A DNA stretch of 64,000 bases from Obrimoposthia wandeli (GCA_977020255.1 CDROCS010000506.1:2108001-2172000), one strand, 5' to 3'. Shown: positions 12,567 through 23,760, counted from the stretch's first letter. A program made the numbers and translations. Notes: generated from the sequence alone by a model not told the origin.

Positions 12567-14237
12567 ATGACAACATTTAATCACAATAAATACCAAGCTT
12601 TTCCTCCCCTAGATATGCCTAATCGCCAATGGCCAAATAACAGTATCTGCAAAGCGCCACAGTGGTGTAGTGTCGATTTACGCGATGGTAACCAAGCGCT
12701 TGTAGAGCCGATGACGGTTGCCCAAAAACGCCGCTATTACCAATTACTATTGGCTATGGGCTTTAAACAAATTGAAGTGGGCTTTCCTGCTGCATCGAAA
12801 ATGGACTTTGATTTTGTTCGCTGGTTAATTGAAGAAAATAACATCCCGGATGATGTCACCATTCAAGTATTAACCCAAGCCCGTGAAAGCCTTATCGAAA
12901 AAACGTTCGCAGCGTTAAAAGGTGTTAAACAAGCCATTATTCATGTTTATAATTCAACCTCGACGGTACAAAGAGAGCTGGTTTTTCAAAAAGATCGTCA
13001 AGGTATTATTGATATTGCTGTGCAAGGTGCAACTTGGGTGAAGCAACATGCAGAAGCAAATCCTGGCCCGCAATGGCAGTTTGAATATTCTCCAGAGAGT
13101 TTCTCTGGCACTGAGTTGGATTTTGCCGTTGATATTTGTGATGCGGTGAATGCAGTCTGGCAGCCAACGGCAGCAAACCCTGTGATCATTAATTTACCTG
13201 CTACGGTTGAGATGTCGACGCCAAATGTGTTTGCGGACCAAGTGGAATGGTTTTGTGGCAACGTGAAAAATAGAGATGCAATAACGGTCAGTGTACATAC
13301 TCATAATGATCGTGGCTGTGCTGTGGCTGCTGCTGAATTAGCGGTTATGGCTGGCGCTGATCGTGTTGAAGGTACTTTATTGGGGAATGGTGAACGTACC
13401 GGTAATATGGATATTATCACCATGGCGATGAACCTTTATAGCCAAGGTGTTGATCCTCAACTGCAGCTTGGTGATATTGATAATATTATTACGACTATTT
13501 CAGAGTGTACTCAGTTACCAGTCCATCCACGTCATCCTTATGTTGGCGAACTCGTGTATACCGCTTTTTCTGGTAGTCATCAGGATGCGATTAAAAAATG
13601 CTTAGACCGTCGTGTCCCTGAGAGTATTTGGAATGTCGCTTATTTACCTATCGACCCTACCGATTTAAACCGTACGTTAAAACATGTGATCAGAGTTAAC
13701 AGCCAATCGGGTAAAGGTGGTATTGCTTATTTACTTGAACAAGAATATGGTGTGCAGTTACCGCGTTGGCTACAAATTGATTTTTCTGCTGTGGTACAGC
13801 AGCAATCGGAATCGACAGCTAGTGAGTTAATGGTCCCACAAATATGGGCGTTATTTAAATCAACTTACACTCATCCAGAACCGTCATATCAATTAGCTAA
13901 TTATACGGTTAGCCATGGCGCTATTGATAAAATACAAGCACAACTAGCAAGTGGTGATAACAGTGTCGGCGTCATAGGTGAAGGGCTCGGTGCATTAACG
14001 GCCTTTATCGAAGCACTAAAACAGCATTTTAATCTTGATTTTGAAGTGGTTAATTTTAGTGAGCATGCATTGAGCAAAGGTACGGATGCTGATGCCATTG
14101 CTTATTTACAAATTAAGACTGCCACGGAATCCGTTATTGGTGTTGCGATCCACAATGATATTTTGACCGCATCATTGACGGCGTTGTTAAATGCAGTTAA
14201 TCAATTAGAGACGATCAAGCGGCTTGCTGTTGCATAA
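12567..14237 (+). CDS. leuA: 2-isopropylmalate synthase, yeast-like type
   Basis: DLRDGNQAL, HTHNDRG, GNGERTGN, YTAFSGSHQDAIKK, NSQSGKGG and a C-terminal regulatory domain. Confidence 0.96.
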   Translation: MTTFNHNKYQAFPPLDMPNRQWPNNSICKAPQWCSVDLRDGNQALVEPMTVAQKRRYYQLLLAMGFKQIEVGFPAASKMDFDFVRWLIEENNIPDDVTIQVLTQARESLIEKTFAALKGVKQAIIHVYNSTSTVQRELVFQKDRQGIIDIAVQGATWVKQHAEANPGPQWQFEYSPESFSGTELDFAVDICDAVNAVWQPTAANPVIINLPATVEMSTPNVFADQVEWFCGNVKNRDAITVSVHTHNDRGCAVAAAELAVMAGADRVEGTLLGNGERTGNMDIITMAMNLYSQGVDPQLQLGDIDNIITTISECTQLPVHPRHPYVGELVYTAFSGSHQDAIKKCLDRRVPESIWNVAYLPIDPTDLNRTLKHVIRVNSQSGKGGIAYLLEQEYGVQLPRWLQIDFSAVVQQQSESTASELMVPQIWALFKSTYTHPEPSYQLANYTVSHGAIDKIQAQLASGDNSVGVIGEGLGALTAFIEALKQHFNLDFEVVNFSEHALSKGTDADAIAYLQIKTATESVIGVAIHNDILTASLTALLNAVNQLETIKRLAVA

Positions 14238-14243
14238 TAATCT

Positions 14244-14268
14244 TGGGTGTCATAGAGAGTGACACCCA
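14244..14268. terminator. Hairpin between convergent leuA and lipoprotein genes
   Basis: TGGGTGTCA-tagagag-TGACACCCA; no long U run. Confidence 0.55.
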
Positions 14269-14277
14269 TTACTCATC

Positions 14278-14655
14278 TTAACTTGCTTCACAAATATCTG
14301 CAGCCCAAGGGCCTAAGGTTTTCCCGCCTTGGCCTTTATAAATAAACTTCACACCTATATTATCCTCATGCGCTAAGCGATAAATGCTACTGGTCTTTTC
14401 TTCACATAAAGTACGGTGGGTTTGTTTCTCTATATTTTCTTGTTGCCAGACGAGGTTTGTTGCCGGTAGCTGATAGGTTACCGTTAGGATAGAGTTGTAT
14501 CGATCAAACTTTAGATGTTGATAATTATCGGCCATTTCTTGATAACGCACGATAGTTATATTATCTAATTTAGTTGGTTGGTATTTGTAGTTTTGTGTCG
14601 ATTGACATCCGTATAACCCAGTACTTAGCATGATAAATGCAAATAACTTATTCAT
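14278..14655 (-). CDS. Hypothetical lipoprotein
   Basis: 125 aa, signal peptide with lipobox LYGC, two further Cys; SD-like AAGGAAG upstream. Confidence 0.75.
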   Translation of the reverse strand: MNKLFAFIMLSTGLYGCQSTQNYKYQPTKLDNITIVRYQEMADNYQHLKFDRYNSILTVTYQLPATNLVWQQENIEKQTHRTLCEEKTSSIYRLAHEDNIGVKFIYKGQGGKTLGPWAADICEAS

Positions 14656-14690
14656 AAAACACCACTTCCTTGTGTCATTTTTATTGTCTT

Positions 14691-14733
14691 GATAGCCACC
14701 GATGTTAACACTTGATTAACATTGGTGGCTATC
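14691..14733. repeat. 18-bp inverted repeat between RND and lipoprotein genes
   Basis: GATAGCCACCGATGTTAA-7 nt-TTAACATTGGTGGCTATC (one mismatch). Confidence 0.85.
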
Positions 14734-14751
14734 GTTTTCAGACCGCTGCAC

Positions 14752-17700
14752 TCACACTTTACTGCTTAGGTCATCTGACTGTCGACGGTAGAGGCGCTTG
14801 AGCCATATAACTAAGCGCCCGAAGTCTTCTAATAATAAATAATTAATTGGCACGATAAAGAGGGTTATCACAGTGGCAAAGATGATCCCGAACCCTAACG
14901 ATATTGCCATTGGGATAAGAAATTGAGCCTGAATACTGGTTTCAAATAGCAGTGGCATTAAACCTACGAATGTCGTGATCGACGTTAACATCACCGCTCT
15001 AAAGCGCGCAACGCCGGAGTTTCTTACCGCCTCTTTAAGTGGTACCCCGTCAGCGCGCTGCTTATTAATATGGTCGACTAATACTAAGGAATCATTCACC
15101 ACCACGCCCGTTAATGCCAACATGCCAAGCACACTCATTAAGGTAAGAGGACTGCCCATGATGATATGCCCTAAGATGGCGCCGATTGCACCGAATGGAA
15201 TTACTGACATGACAATTAATGGTTGAGTATAAGATCGAAATGGGATCGCCAATAATGCATAAATGGTAAATAATACAAAAACGAGTCCGAGCTTTAAACT
15301 AGAAAAAGACTCATCTTGTTCTTTGGCTTCTCCCTCAAGCGAATAGCTTACGCTAGGGTATTGCTGCATGATTTGATCGAGGTAATTGGTTAAATCTTGT
15401 TTTAATACACCGAGATTACCGGTTTCTTTGTTTAAATCGGCAGTGATATTAAGTGTACGTTGTCGATCTATGCGAATAATGGTTGATGGACTGGTACCGA
15501 CTGTCACTTCAGCTACTTCCAGAAAGGGGATTTCGTCACCTGCTGGTGTTCTGATCATCATGTTATTTAAATTATAAATAGACTGACGTTCATTTTCTGG
15601 ATAGCGAATAAATACTTTTACGTCATCTTTACCCCTTTGTATCCGCTGTACTTGTTCACCATAAAAAGCCTGTCTTACCTGCTGTGCTAGGTTTGATAAA
15701 CTGAGTCCTAATGCTTCCGCTTCAGGCTTTATCGCGAGCTGTAATTCGGTTTTACCTTTAGAAATACTATCTTCAATATCAAAGACAGAGGGATAATCAG
15801 CGAGTTTATATTTTATCTTATCAGCAACGATGCGTAACGAGTCATAGCTGTGGGCGGTTAACTGTATGTCTAAAGGTGAGCCGCTGTGACCGGTTTCCGC
15901 TTTAAATGTTAAACTTTGGACTCCGGGAACTAAGCCTATTAATCCGCGCCATTCTTTGACGAGGGCGGCGACGCTTATATCAATGACCCGTTCTTCCTCT
16001 GCTTGAACTTGGAAGATAACGCGACCACGATGTGATTGACCTGAACTGTTGCCGCCACTAGAACCTACCGTGGCAAAGATATCTTTGATTACACTTTCTT
16101 TTGTTGCCGTGTCGGTATATTTTTTCTGTAGTAATAAGGCTGAGTCCAACATCTTTTGTACGTATTTATCTGTTACCGTAATATCCGTACCGGTCGGCAT
16201 AACGATAACGCCTTTTGCTATTTCACTGGGAATACGTGGGAAAAAAATAAAGCGTACCCAACCTGATGAGACCAGCGTTAAGACGATTAGCATGACAGAA
16301 AATGCCATGGTTAATGATAAATAGCGACGTGCTAATACGGCAGATAACGCTGGTTTATAATAGCGAATGATGGCTTGCTCAAAACTATTGGCGAAATCTT
16401 CCTGCCAGCGTAAAAAGCGATTTTGGTTACTACCGTGCATACGGATGTGTTTCAAATGGGCAGGTAAGATGAGTTTTGATTCGATTAAAGAAAACAATAA
16501 TACCGGAATTACAATGGCAGGTATTTGGGCAAAAATATCGCCCCGAGCACCTTCAATTAAAGTCAGTGGGATAAAAGCGGCAATGGTCGTTAAAATACCA
16601 AACGTAACTGGTTTTGATACTTCTTGTGTACCAATAATAGCGGCTCTTTCTGGCGGTTCGCCACGCTTTAGATGGGTATATACATTTTCACCACTGACAA
16701 TGGCATCGTCAACTAAAATACCCAACACCATAATAAAAGCGAACAATGAAATGATATTGATGGATATGTCCATTTCGGGCATAAAGATCGCCCCCCCCAT
16801 AAAGCTGACGGGGATACCAACCGTTACCCAAAATGCGATAGCAGGGCGTAAAAATAAGGTGAGCATTATCGCAACTAAGATACCACCTTGGATTGCACTG
16901 GTACTTAGAGTGTTAATTCGTGACTTGACGATCTTTGAGTCATCACGCCAATAGTCGAGTTTCACTCCTTCAGGCATTAAGGCTTGTTGATCTAGAATAA
17001 ATGCTTTGACGGTGTCGGCGATGGTTATCGCACTTTGTGATCCAACGCGGTACACCTCAATAATCACTGCGGGTTCACCATTAAAGCGGGTGATGATCGG
17101 GGTTTCTTCAAAATCATCTTTTATGTTGGCAATATCTTTTAGCATCAAGCGGGTACCGTCAGGATTACTGCGGATCATGATGTTGGCGTATTCACTACCA
17201 ACATAAGCTTGGCCTTTACTGCGTAATAAGATCTCACCCGACGGAGTTTTAATACTCCCCCCGCTGAGATCTACTGAATTTGCATTAATCGCTGTCGCTA
17301 TTTCATCCATGGTGAGGTTATATTGACGTAAGGTTTGCTCGGATACTTCGATAGATATTTCATAAGGACGAACAGATTCAAGCGTGACTTGGGTGATATT
17401 ATTTTCACTCAGCAATCGGTCTCGAGTTTGTTCACCAAGTTGGCGTAATTCTTTTTCAGCTAATGCGCCGGAAATCATCACACTGATCACTTCTCTACTG
17501 GATGTAGGCTGACTAATAATCGGTTTTTCGGCGCTAGAAGGTAAAGTATTTAAGGCATCAACCCTATTTTTTATTTCATCTTTTAGTCGGTATTGATCAT
17601 ATTTAGCATCTACTTCAACGCTAATCGTTGCACTGCCTTCAGTTGATCGAGAGGTTATTTTATCAATACCCTCTATATCGAGAATCGCTTCTTCAATCGG

Positions 17701-17904
17701 GATCGCTAAGCTTTCCTCTGCTTCATCAGGTGTTGCACCGGGCAAGGCGATGGTTATATTAATGACATCGATAGTGACATCTGGAAATACTTCGACATTG
17801 ACTCGATATTTTAGGGTGAAAAATCCGGCGCCAAGGATGAGTACCATGAGTAAATTGGCGGCCACGTGATTACGCGTAAACCAAGCAATTAAATTATGCA
17901 TCAA
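14752..17904 (-). CDS. RND efflux permease (AcrB/AcrD/AcrF superfamily)
   Basis: 1050 aa, two large periplasmic loops, GILVDDAIV and RFRAVMLTSITT proton-relay motifs. Confidence 0.94.
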   Translation of the reverse strand: MMHNLIAWFTRNHVAANLLMVLILGAGFFTLKYRVNVEVFPDVTIDVINITIALPGATPDEAEESLAIPIEEAILDIEGIDKITSRSTEGSATISVEVDAKYDQYRLKDEIKNRVDALNTLPSSAEKPIISQPTSSREVISVMISGALAEKELRQLGEQTRDRLLSENNITQVTLESVRPYEISIEVSEQTLRQYNLTMDEIATAINANSVDLSGGSIKTPSGEILLRSKGQAYVGSEYANIMIRSNPDGTRLMLKDIANIKDDFEETPIITRFNGEPAVIIEVYRVGSQSAITIADTVKAFILDQQALMPEGVKLDYWRDDSKIVKSRINTLSTSAIQGGILVAIMLTLFLRPAIAFWVTVGIPVSFMGGAIFMPEMDISINIISLFAFIMVLGILVDDAIVSGENVYTHLKRGEPPERAAIIGTQEVSKPVTFGILTTIAAFIPLTLIEGARGDIFAQIPAIVIPVLLFSLIESKLILPAHLKHIRMHGSNQNRFLRWQEDFANSFEQAIIRYYKPALSAVLARRYLSLTMAFSVMLIVLTLVSSGWVRFIFFPRIPSEIAKGVIVMPTGTDITVTDKYVQKMLDSALLLQKKYTDTATKESVIKDIFATVGSSGGNSSGQSHRGRVIFQVQAEEERVIDISVAALVKEWRGLIGLVPGVQSLTFKAETGHSGSPLDIQLTAHSYDSLRIVADKIKYKLADYPSVFDIEDSISKGKTELQLAIKPEAEALGLSLSNLAQQVRQAFYGEQVQRIQRGKDDVKVFIRYPENERQSIYNLNNMMIRTPAGDEIPFLEVAEVTVGTSPSTIIRIDRQRTLNITADLNKETGNLGVLKQDLTNYLDQIMQQYPSVSYSLEGEAKEQDESFSSLKLGLVFVLFTIYALLAIPFRSYTQPLIVMSVIPFGAIGAILGHIIMGSPLTLMSVLGMLALTGVVVNDSLVLVDHINKQRADGVPLKEAVRNSGVARFRAVMLTSITTFVGLMPLLFETSIQAQFLIPMAISLGFGIIFATVITLFIVPINYLLLEDFGRLVIWLKRLYRRQSDDLSSKV

Positions 17905-19116
17905 TTAGTCACCTTGCCCTGTGTTATTTGGCAGCGTGATTAACTGGGCTTTAGTGCCAGATACTACGGAACTTAATGGCGTGGTTACTAATAACTCTCC
18001 CGATTGAATGCCAACATCGACGATAGTATTGCGGCTATCTCGCCAGATGACATTGATATCTTTACGGCTGAGTAAACCGTCTTTAAATATAATGACTTGA
18101 TCGCCTTCATAAACACTGGTTGTTGGTAATACAAATACATTATTGAGGAGATTACCTGTTATTTCAGCGTTAACAAACTGACCTATTTTTAATGCCGGTT
18201 TATTACTGTTATTACGACCGTAAGGGTTTTCTATGGTCGCAACAGTATAAAGTTGACGACTTTTGGGATCTAAAGCGCCCTCTGTTCGAGTTAATTTACC
18301 TGTCCAGTTATAACGTTGATTACCGAATTGAGCGCTAATATTGACCGGAGGATAATATGAATGACTATCTTGTTTAAATTGCTCTGGTAGTTGGATGTAG
18401 TTTTGTTGTTGGCTATTAAGCGGCAGGCGAACTTCAACTTGGTCGGTTGCATAAATATCGGCTAATGCTGTACCTACAGTAACAAACTGGCCAATATCGA
18501 CGTTTTTAGTTAATACGCGGCCAGCGTAAGGCGCTAGAATTTGAGTACGTTGCAGATTGAGTTGAGTTTGTTCTAGTTGTGCTTGCACTGAGGCAAGTAC
18601 TGCATTTGCAGATGCGAGTTGTGGTTTTCGTAGTACCAGTTCGTTTGGCTGTCCCTCGCGACCAAGGCGTTGCCAGTCTCGTTGTGCTTGTTTACTTTTA
18701 GCTCGCTCTTCGGTCACCGCTAATTTTGCTTCAATTAATGCCGCAGATGCTATTTTTACTGCAATGATATAATCGCGATTATCAACGGAGAGTAGCGTAT
18801 CACCCTTATTAAAAAAACCGCCAGAAATAAATGCGGATGATACGTGGGTAATAGTACCTGATACTTGACTGGCAATACTTGCTTGGCTACGGGGTTGAAT
18901 AATGCCGTTCGTCTTCACGGAAATCGAAAAATCACTGTGTTTTATCGTCATCACGGCCACGGTTAATTGATTATCGGGTGCTTGCTTTCTCTTCTCTGAT
19001 GTTGGACTTGTGGAAGTGATGACTTGTACGATTAACCCCGTTATCACGATAACGAGTATTGGCAGAGTGTAGCGAAAGATCGTTTCAAGTTTAGTCAGTG
19101 GCTTATTCGTTGACAC
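17905..19116 (-). CDS. RND periplasmic adaptor (MFP)
   Basis: N-terminal TM, lipoyl-type motifs SQVSGTI and APYAGRV..NVDIGQFV; start moved to GTG 19116 (SD GGAG). Confidence 0.92.
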   Translation of the reverse strand: MSTNKPLTKLETIFRYTLPILVIVITGLIVQVITSTSPTSEKRKQAPDNQLTVAVMTIKHSDFSISVKTNGIIQPRSQASIASQVSGTITHVSSAFISGGFFNKGDTLLSVDNRDYIIAVKIASAALIEAKLAVTEERAKSKQAQRDWQRLGREGQPNELVLRKPQLASANAVLASVQAQLEQTQLNLQRTQILAPYAGRVLTKNVDIGQFVTVGTALADIYATDQVEVRLPLNSQQQNYIQLPEQFKQDSHSYYPPVNISAQFGNQRYNWTGKLTRTEGALDPKSRQLYTVATIENPYGRNNSNKPALKIGQFVNAEITGNLLNNVFVLPTTSVYEGDQVIIFKDGLLSRKDINVIWRDSRNTIVDVGIQSGELLVTTPLSSVVSGTKAQLITLPNNTGQGD

Positions 19117-20503
19117 GTGATAGCTCCTTTTCGGTGATAACTGTAAGCGCCGTTGGCATATCACCGCCCAGTGCGAGTAACAATTTGATGCGATTTTGAA
19201 TACGTGTATTTTTTATCGCAAGTAATGATGTTTGCGCATCAAAGGCACTGCGCTGTGATTCCAGTACCGTTATGTAATCCGTTAATCCGGCAATGTATTG
19301 TTCAAATGCGAGTTGCTCTGCGACACTAAAATAATATTCCGCATTTTGCTGTTGTAACTCTCTATTAGCGAGGGTTACTTCTGCAGCAAGCGCGGTTTCA
19401 ACTTCACTAAAGGCTTGCAACGTAACTTGAGTAACCGATATTGCCGCTTGTTGTGTCTTAGCTGTTTGTTGTGCTTGTTTTGCTATTAATGTTCCGGCAT
19501 CAAATATGGAGGTAGATGCATTGGCAAATAATGACCATATTAAACTGTCTGGTTGCAGTAAATTACTTAATTCAGGACTACTGGTACCGCCAGATAGAGA
19601 CAAGGATAAACTTGGAAACCTATTTTTATAAGCATGGGCAACACGATAATTCTCTGCTGTCAGTGCTAGCATCACTTGTTGAATGTCGAAGCGACGTTGA
19701 ATTAATTCGGACGGTAAACCTGAAGGCACGGGCATTGCAGCAAAAGTTAAATTACCATTTGCATGAATACTCGCTGCAGGGTAACGGCCTAATGATAACT
19801 CTAATTGCCGCTGCGCATTTTTTAATGCTTCTACATTTTCTTGTTTAGATGCTTTTGCTCTGGCTAAATCGGCACGGGCAAGGTAGACATCGAGAGACTG
19901 CTTTACGCCTTGGTCGTAGCCATTTTCAATAATATCTAAATTTAGCTGTAAATTTTTTTGGCGTTTATTGATTAATGCAGATTGTTGTTGATAGAAAATA
20001 AGATCAAACCATTGTTGGCTGATGAGGGCAATGGTATTTGATTGTAGCTGTTTATAATTAAGGACGGCTTTTTTTGCATCTAATGTTGCAGCCTTGGCGA
20101 GGTCATTTAGTTTGCCGAGGTAATCCATTTCCCATACGACATCAATATTAGCGGAATTACTACTGCTGGTATTTTGATTATTCGCCTGACGCCCGCTAGC
20201 AAGATAAGCATCAATTTTAGGCAACTGTCCAGCATCAGTTTGTTGCACTAAGGCGACCGCTATATCTATATTATATTGTTCTGAAGTGAGTTGGGGGTTG
20301 TTCGCTAGCGCTTCTTTTATATATTCGGTTAACTGTGGATAGGCAGTGATACCTTGCCAGGTTGTACTGATATCAGTGTGAAGATGTTCCGTACTCCATT
20401 GGGCTGGCGTTATTATCTGATTTGCCACGACCTCTGCTGGCAGGGTGAAGATACTACACCCCGATAAGTTAGTAGCCAAAATGAAGCAGATTACCTTCCG
20501 CAT
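19103..20503 (-). CDS. TolC/OprM-family outer membrane factor lipoprotein
   Basis: Lipobox LSGC, WEMD..G, PSELIQRRFDI, two-fold helical repeat. Confidence 0.92.
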   Translation of the reverse strand: MRKVICFILATNLSGCSIFTLPAEVVANQIITPAQWSTEHLHTDISTTWQGITAYPQLTEYIKEALANNPQLTSEQYNIDIAVALVQQTDAGQLPKIDAYLASGRQANNQNTSSSNSANIDVVWEMDYLGKLNDLAKAATLDAKKAVLNYKQLQSNTIALISQQWFDLIFYQQQSALINKRQKNLQLNLDIIENGYDQGVKQSLDVYLARADLARAKASKQENVEALKNAQRQLELSLGRYPAASIHANGNLTFAAMPVPSGLPSELIQRRFDIQQVMLALTAENYRVAHAYKNRFPSLSLSLSGGTSSPELSNLLQPDSLIWSLFANASTSIFDAGTLIAKQAQQTAKTQQAAISVTQVTLQAFSEVETALAAEVTLANRELQQQNAEYYFSVAEQLAFEQYIAGLTDYITVLESQRSAFDAQTSLLAIKNTRIQNRIKLLLALGGDMPTALTVITEKELSRVNE

Positions 20504-20557
20504 GAAAAATAGTTCCTTATTTTAACGTCGTGAAGTGACTTTTCTGGTGTCGCGTTA

Positions 20558-21046
20558 TCATTTTTTTAGTTTGAGAATGAAGTTAATCGCTTTACCGAGT
20601 TGCATGTAACGTTGTAAATCGGTTTTGTCATACTTGGTCGATAAATAAGTAATGTTGTTTCTATTTTTTAAATAACGAGAAATCTGTAAACGATTGAAGT
20701 TACCAACTTTGTATAACATGTCGAGTAGAGTACTCGCGCTTTCATCATCTAACGCTAATTTAATTGGATAGTCAGTTTCTTTATAGTCAATTTGCTGTAG
20801 TGACACTTTTTTTATTAATTTTTTTTCTTCTAAGTATTCTAACCATTGCTCGATGAATTGCGGTTTACAACCTGCCAGTAGATTGAAAAAACCACCGCTG
20901 TCACTTTTACATTGGGTCAGTAATAAGCAAGCAAAGCTATCATCATTGGCGCTAAAGGTAACTTCGCCAGATTCTGTCCATAATAACGATGCAACTTGAA
21001 TGGTTGCTTGTTCTTTATTAAAACCTTCGCATTTGAAAATAAACAT
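20558..21046 (-). CDS. Hypothetical cytoplasmic protein
   Basis: 162 aa ORF on the same strand, 54 bp upstream of the OMF gene; no family recognised. Confidence 0.7.
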   Translation of the reverse strand: MFIFKCEGFNKEQATIQVASLLWTESGEVTFSANDDSFACLLLTQCKSDSGGFFNLLAGCKPQFIEQWLEYLEEKKLIKKVSLQQIDYKETDYPIKLALDDESASTLLDMLYKVGNFNRLQISRYLKNRNNITYLSTKYDKTDLQRYMQLGKAINFILKLKK

Positions 21047-21107
21047 AATTGATTTAAATAAGGGAAAAATTAATTATACGCAATTTTACCCATAAAAGAA
21101 TAATAGC

Positions 21108-21506
21108 TTAATGGCGGCTTGTTAATTTATGCAGTTGATCTAAGCATACTTGAAATAAATGTTGAGCGGGGATTGTGGTTTTATCAATAGTGATTAGTTC
21201 ATCAATTAATACAGGAAATAGTGGCGGAGTCGTATATTGGCATAATGTAGTCGATAATGAAGCAGTTACACGAGCCGAAAATAACAGGACATCAATTTGA
21301 CTTGCTGTAGTTGACTCAATTGAATGTAAGCAGTCATGTGGTAGCCATATCGATTGTGATTGATCAAGTGTGATAAGACTTTTACCTAAGCGAATGTTTA
21401 TTTCACCATGACGTATAACCAGAAACTGTGCTTTATGTTGTCGTTGACGTTTGGTTTTCTCTAATGCGAGCAGATTAATTCGGGTATATTCGATAGGTAA
21501 AGACAT
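21108..21506 (-). CDS. Stand-alone AraC-type cupin/ligand-binding domain protein (no HTH)
   Basis: 132 aa, pattern (G...IRLGK.......IWLPHDCLH...FSAR) like short Vibrionaceae AraC-N proteins. Confidence 0.65.
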   Translation of the reverse strand: MSLPIEYTRINLLALEKTKRQRQHKAQFLVIRHGEINIRLGKSLITLDQSQSIWLPHDCLHSIESTTASQIDVLLFSARVTASLSTTLCQYTTPPLFPVLIDELITIDKTTIPAQHLFQVCLDQLHKLTSRH

Positions 21507-21680
21507 GAAAATTTCACTATGGGTTATAAATGTAACCCCTAAAATAATTGATATAGTGGGGGATAGCTATTACGAGGGTAGCTTGAATGTTAGTTATCGA
21601 ACAAAGTGGTCGTTGATATAATCTTTTTGATTATTCTATATACAGTATTTAAGGCTGTTTTAAGTTTCATAAAGAAACAC

Positions 21681-21708
21681 TTGCCATGTAGATGCAGATC
21701 TCTATAAT
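21681..21708 (+). promoter_or_regulatory. rrn P1 promoter
   Basis: TTGCCA-16 bp-TATAAT, GC-rich discriminator, AT-rich upstream. Confidence 0.85.
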
Positions 21709-21803
21709 TCGACCTCACTGACACGGCAAACGTCGTTCAGTAAGGTGTTTAAAAACAACTTCGGTTACTTTTTAAACGTCCTGAATAAGGCGCAAATATG
21801 TGC

Positions 21804-21831
21804 TTGACTTCGAATTTGGTTTGCGTAGAAT
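21804..21831 (+). promoter_or_regulatory. rrn P2 promoter
   Basis: TTGACT-16 bp-TAGAAT, about 120 bp downstream of P1. Confidence 0.85.
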
Positions 21832-21867
21832 ACGCAGCCTGACTACGACGAAAGACGTCAAGGTCAA

Positions 21868-21880
21868 CGCTCTTTAACAA
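21868..21880 (+). promoter_or_regulatory. rrn leader boxA
   Basis: CGCTCTTTAACAA. Confidence 0.85.
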
Positions 21881-22071
21881 TTTATTCAAGCAATCTGTGT
21901 GAGCACTTGCAGAGATATAATGACCAAATATTATATCAATGCAATTGTGAACATTAAATTAAATCGAAAGATTTGGTTTTATAAACAACAAACTTCGGTT
22001 TGTTGTTGAAGTACAGAATTCATTGAGCCGACTTGGATTCTGCTTAGTAGCAGGATTAGTCAAAAAACTTT

Positions 22072-22359
22072 TAATTGAAGAGTTTGATCATGGCTCAGAT
22101 TGAACGCTGGCGGTAGGCTTAACACATGCAAGTCGAGCGGAAACGAAGAATAGCTTGCTATTCTGGCGTCGAGCGGCGGACGGGTGAGTAATGCTTGGGA
22201 ATCTGCCTAGTCGAGGGGGACAACAGTTGGAAACGACTGCTAATACCGCATACGACCTACGGGTGAAAGGGGGCCTCTTCTTGAAAGCTCCCGCGACTAG
22301 ATGAGCCCAAGTGGGATTAGCTTGTTGGTGAGGTAAGAGCTCACCAAGGCGACGATCCC

Positions 22360-22412
<53 letters not shown>

Positions 22413-22989
22413 TCCTACGGGAGGCAGCAGGGGGAATATTGCACAATGGGCGAAAGCCTGATGCAGCCATACCGCGTGTATGAAGAAGGCCTTAGGGTTG
22501 TAAAGTACTTTCAGAGGAGGAAAGGTAAATTAATACGTTGTTACTGTGACGTTACTCGCAGAAGAAGCACCGGCTAACCCGTGCCAGCAGCCGCGGTAAT
22601 ACGTAGGGTGCAAGCGTTATCCGGAATTATTGGGCGTAAAGCGCATGCAGTGCGGTTTGTTAAGCGAGATGTGAAAGCCCCGGGCTCAACCTGGGAACTG
22701 CATTTCGAACTGGCAAACTAGAGTTCTTGAGAGGGTGGTAGAATTTCAGGTGTAGCGGTGAAATGCGTAGATCTGGAAGGAATACCAGTGGCGAAGGCGG
22801 CCACCTGGCAAGTAACTGACGCTCAGATGCGAAAGCGTGGGTAGCAACGGGATTAGATACCCCGGTAGTCCACGCCGTAAACGATGTCTACTCGAGTTTG
22901 GTCCTTGCGAACTGGGCTCTAAGCTAACCGCATTAAGTAGACCGCCTGGGGAGTACGGCCGCAAGGTTAAAACTCAAATGAATTGATTT

Positions 22990-23025
<36 letters not shown>

Positions 23026-23113
23026 GATGCAACGCGAAGAACCTTACCTACTCTTGACATCCACAGAACTGGTAGAGATACCTCAGTGCCTTCGGGAACT
23101 GTGAGACAGGTGG

Positions 23114-23179
<66 letters not shown>

Positions 23180-23219
23180 TCTTTAGTTGTCATCAGGTAA
23201 TGCTGGACCCTCTAGAGAG

Positions 23220-23260
<41 letters not shown>

Positions 23261-23446
23261 ATCATCATGCCCCTTATGATTTGGGCTACACACGTGCTAC
23301 AATGGCGCATATTGTGCAAAGGGGCTGCAAACCAGCGATGGTAAGCGAATCCCATAAAGTGCGTCGTAGTCCGGATTGTGGGCTGCAACTCGCCCACATG
23401 AAGTTGGAGTTGCTAGTAATCGTGAATCAGAATGTCGCGGTGAATG

Positions 23447-23489
<43 letters not shown>

Positions 23490-23606
23490 GCACCAGAAGT
23501 CATTAGCTTAACCTTCGGGATGGCGATGACCACGGTGTGGTTCATGACTGGGGTGAAGTCGTAACAAGGTAGCCCTAGGGGAACCTGGGGCTGGATCACC
23601 TCCTTA
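22072..23606 (+). rRNA. rrs: 16S rRNA, operon 2 (indel-rich, mosaic)
   Basis: AGAGTTTGATCATGGCTCAG through GATCACCTCCTTA; many indels and foreign-looking patches relative to operon 1. Confidence 0.95.
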
Positions 23607-23683
23607 CGTAAAGTTGTTAATCTTTGTAAGTGCCCACACAAATTGCTTGAATAGAAAGTTGAAAAGCATGTAAGAAATGCGAT

Positions 23684-23760
23684 AGGACTGTAGCTCAGTT
23701 GGTTAGAGCGCGCCCCTGATAAGGGTGAGGTCGGTAGTTCAAATCTACTCAGTCCTACCA
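23684..23760 (+). tRNA. tRNA-Ile(GAT)
   Basis: 77-nt cloverleaf, anticodon loop CTGATAA, encoded CCA. Confidence 0.97.
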
